From positions 1-60,923 of the forward strand of contig JBIOWP010000072.1 of the NCBI GenBank assembly GCA_044868695.1: a DNA stretch of 60,923 bases, written 5' to 3'. The notes beneath the pieces are model-generated. The model had not been told where the DNA came from. It was given only the letters and a program-made list of their open reading frames with translations, and did not search any database. The stretch comes from a bacterium. Lineage in GTDB: Bacteria > Sysuimicrobiota > Sysuimicrobiia > Sysuimicrobiales > Kaftiobacteriaceae. This document shows, piece after piece, positions 59,090-60,923 of this stretch (the stretch's first letter is position 1; each line of letters opens with the position of its first letter). Both the position numbers and the translations under genes were made by a program.

Positions 59090-59155
59090 TCATCAGCGAG
59101 GTCTGACCCCAATGAAGACCGTATCATCAGTAGGGTCTGACCCTATTGAAGACCG
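59090..59155. repeat. 32-bp direct repeat pair with GGTCTGACCC palindromic core (REP-like)
   Basis: TCATCAGCGAGGTCTGACCCCAATGAAGACCG and TCATCAGTAGGGTCTGACCCTATTGAAGACCG, 34-bp period. Confidence 0.7.
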
Positions 59156-59179
59156 AACCGCTGTTGGGGGGAGGGGGAG

Positions 59180-59791
59180 CTAGAGGACAATGAGCCCCAG
59201 CCGGGCTGCACGCGTCACGGCTTCGGTGCGGCTGTGCGCGTCCATCTTGCCCAGGATAGCGGCAACATGGAACTTGACGGTGTGCTCGCTAATGCCCAGC
59301 CGCCGGGCGAGCTCCTTATTCGATAGTCCCTCGGCCAGCAGCTGGAGCACGTCGAGTTCGCGGCGGGTCAGGTCCTCTGCCGGATCGCCAGCCAGTTCGC
59401 CTTGCGCCGGCATCGCCGCGCCTGCAAGCGACGGGTCGACGACCAGCAGCCCTTGGGCAACGGCGCGCAGCGCCGCCACCAGCGACGCGGCATCGGTCCC
59501 GCGGGCAAGGGCGCCACGCGCACCGGTCGCCACGGCCTCCGCAAGACGCGCCTCGTCGTCGCTGAGCACGATGACCGGTCCGTCCAGCTCCTGCATCCTC
59601 GACGCGTCCGCAGAGGCCTCGGGCGCCGATCCGAGATCCCACACTATGGCATCCGGATCAAACGCCTCCGCTGCCGTGAAAAGATCCACCTGGTCCCCGG
59701 CCTGCTCGACCACCAGATCCGGTTGTTCCGACAACAGCGCTGCCAGGGCGGCCCTGGCAGCCACATCGTCGCCGACAACAAGGACGCGCAA
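59180..59791 (-). CDS. NarL/LuxR family response regulator
   Basis: Receiver RVLVVGDD...PDAIVWD; HTH LTRRELDVLQLLAEGLSNKELARRLGISEHTVKFHV. Confidence 0.92.
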   Translation of the reverse strand: MRVLVVGDDVAARAALAALLSEQPDLVVEQAGDQVDLFTAAEAFDPDAIVWDLGSAPEASADASRMQELDGPVIVLSDDEARLAEAVATGARGALARGTDAASLVAALRAVAQGLLVVDPSLAGAAMPAQGELAGDPAEDLTRRELDVLQLLAEGLSNKELARRLGISEHTVKFHVAAILGKMDAHSRTEAVTRAARLGLIVL

Positions 59792-59926
59792 CCCAATCCC
59801 CTTAATTTACACACCCTGCTCGACCTACGCTCTGCTTATCCTAACGCTGGCATCCCGCCACCCTATGCCAGCATTCGGAGTGCGCGAATTGGGTCGCTGG
59901 TGTCATCGGGTCGATTGCGGCCGGCC

Positions 59927-60337
59927 TCAGAAGCCCACCTTCGGATCGAGAGCGATCCTGCCCGCCCCCGTGAAGACGAGCGCCAGCGCCTGCGCCATCA
60001 GCGCGAACTCGAAATCCCAGCCGCCCTTCTGGTCCATGAAGCCGACCTTCTGCATCCTGCGCTTGACCAGCCAGATGGCCACCAGCATGTCGATGACGAG
60101 TGCGGCGGCCAGAATCCGCGTACCTAGACCGAGGATGAGGAGTCCCGCCCCGGCCGTCTCGAGCAGCGCCACGACCCAGGCGAAGAATCCAGGCAGCGGC
60201 ACACCCATCTGCTTCAGCCACCCGGCGAACCCGCCAGGGCCCTTCAATGGCCCCTTGGGGTTGAGCTTCATCCACCCGTGGGGCCAGAATGTCACCCCCA
60301 GCGCGACGCGAAGAATCACCAAGCCCCAGTCCAACAT
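59927..60337 (-). CDS. DoxX family membrane protein
   Basis: LRVALG..F..HG..KL, E..G..LL.LGL.TR, GW.F, GAGR..LD. Confidence 0.88.
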   Translation of the reverse strand: MLDWGLVILRVALGVTFWPHGWMKLNPKGPLKGPGGFAGWLKQMGVPLPGFFAWVVALLETAGAGLLILGLGTRILAAALVIDMLVAIWLVKRRMQKVGFMDQKGGWDFEFALMAQALALVFTGAGRIALDPKVGF

Positions 60338-60377
60338 CCCGCTCCCCCCTTTCTGATGGCACCGCGCCTCGATGACT

Positions 60378-60908
60378 CTATGCGGTGCGCTGCGACTCCT
60401 TCGGTGCCGGCTTCGCCGACCGGCTCGAGACGACAAGCCCTGCGACCCAGCCGACGGTCACCGCGATGATGCCCACAGGAATCAATCCGGCCGGCAGGGC
60501 CGTGCCCCACACCGCATCGAGAGAGAACGCGCCGGGTCCCGCGAGGCCCACCGCGGTGGCCGCGACCAGGTTCGTCAAGGGCAGCTCCATGCCGCGCTCG
60601 GTCGCCCACACCCTCGGCCAGTGGGCCTTGGCAATCGCCGTGAGCATGGAGGACGCGATCCCCAGCGACCCGAGCGGGCTCAGAAACCCGAGTGCAAGAA
60701 GCAGGCCGCCCCCGAACTCCGCGAGGCTTCCAAACCAGGCCCACAGCCTGGGCTGCCGGAAGCCCATCGATCCAAGCCACCCAGCGAATCCGCCTCTGCC
60801 GGGACCGCCGAACCATCCGAACAGCTTCTGCGCGCCGTGACCGGCCACGAGCAGGCCGACCACCACGCGCAGCAACAGCAGCGCACCATCCATCTCTGTC
60901 GCCTCCAT
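60378..60908 (-). CDS. DoxX family membrane protein
   Basis: LLRVVVG...GHGAQKLFGWFGG, AEFGGGLLLALG, GMELP, GPGAFSLD. Confidence 0.9.
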   Translation of the reverse strand: MEATEMDGALLLLRVVVGLLVAGHGAQKLFGWFGGPGRGGFAGWLGSMGFRQPRLWAWFGSLAEFGGGLLLALGFLSPLGSLGIASSMLTAIAKAHWPRVWATERGMELPLTNLVAATAVGLAGPGAFSLDAVWGTALPAGLIPVGIIAVTVGWVAGLVVSSRSAKPAPKESQRTA

Positions 60909-60923
60909 AGCTTACATCCAGCG

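Noticed and set aside
59090..59155. Possible CRISPR mini-array
   Set aside because: Only two units separated by 2 bp, no spacer-length sequence and no cas genes

Overview
High-GC bacterial chromosomal window of mostly core genes, with about 60 CDSs. I found no rRNA, tRNA, CRISPR array, integrase or transposase. The left part holds a DAO-family oxidoreductase, a CDP-alcohol phosphatidyltransferase plus MFS gene, an rsgA-family GTPase, a NEW3/ABC-2 operon, an alpha/beta hydrolase, two tandem Dpp/Opp SBP-permease cassettes, an MBL hydrolase, fabI, an M3 peptidase and an EamA transporter. A long minus-strand run follows, given in transcription order: hspR-hsp20-dnaK-grpE-dnaJ-clpB, MFS/spermidine-synthase fusion, DUF951, GAF-GGDEF cyclase, ychF, an unannotated LuxR HTH, a secreted COAP-like protein, then rpsF-ssb-rpsR-yybS-rplI-lonC-dnaB (intein-containing). 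The right part holds trxB/trxA, DUF47-pit, an S2P-CBS protease, a TPR protein, a lexA operon, a Ser/Thr dehydratase, gcvT-H-PA-PB, a PRTase, a group II decarboxylase, an HD protein, an MDR MFS pump, an HtrA-like protease, a NarL regulator and two DoxX genes. The Firmicute-like gene order combined with HspR and Gram-positive-type SOS boxes suggests a Terrabacteria lineage such as Armatimonadota/CSP1-3 (inference only). The most interesting observations are: (1) a translationally coupled lexA - small membrane protein - catalytically dead RNase HI-fold operon; (2) a complete leader-peptide attenuator in front of the rsgA gene; (3) a dnaB promoter carrying two SOS boxes and a DnaA-box cluster, with a P-loop intein whose endonuclease looks dead; (4) a non-canonical HspR operator candidate; (5) a LuxR HTH ORF with no canonical start codon, next to tandem operator repeats; (6) an H-type pseudoknot at an RBS and several heptamer/REP-like repeat families.
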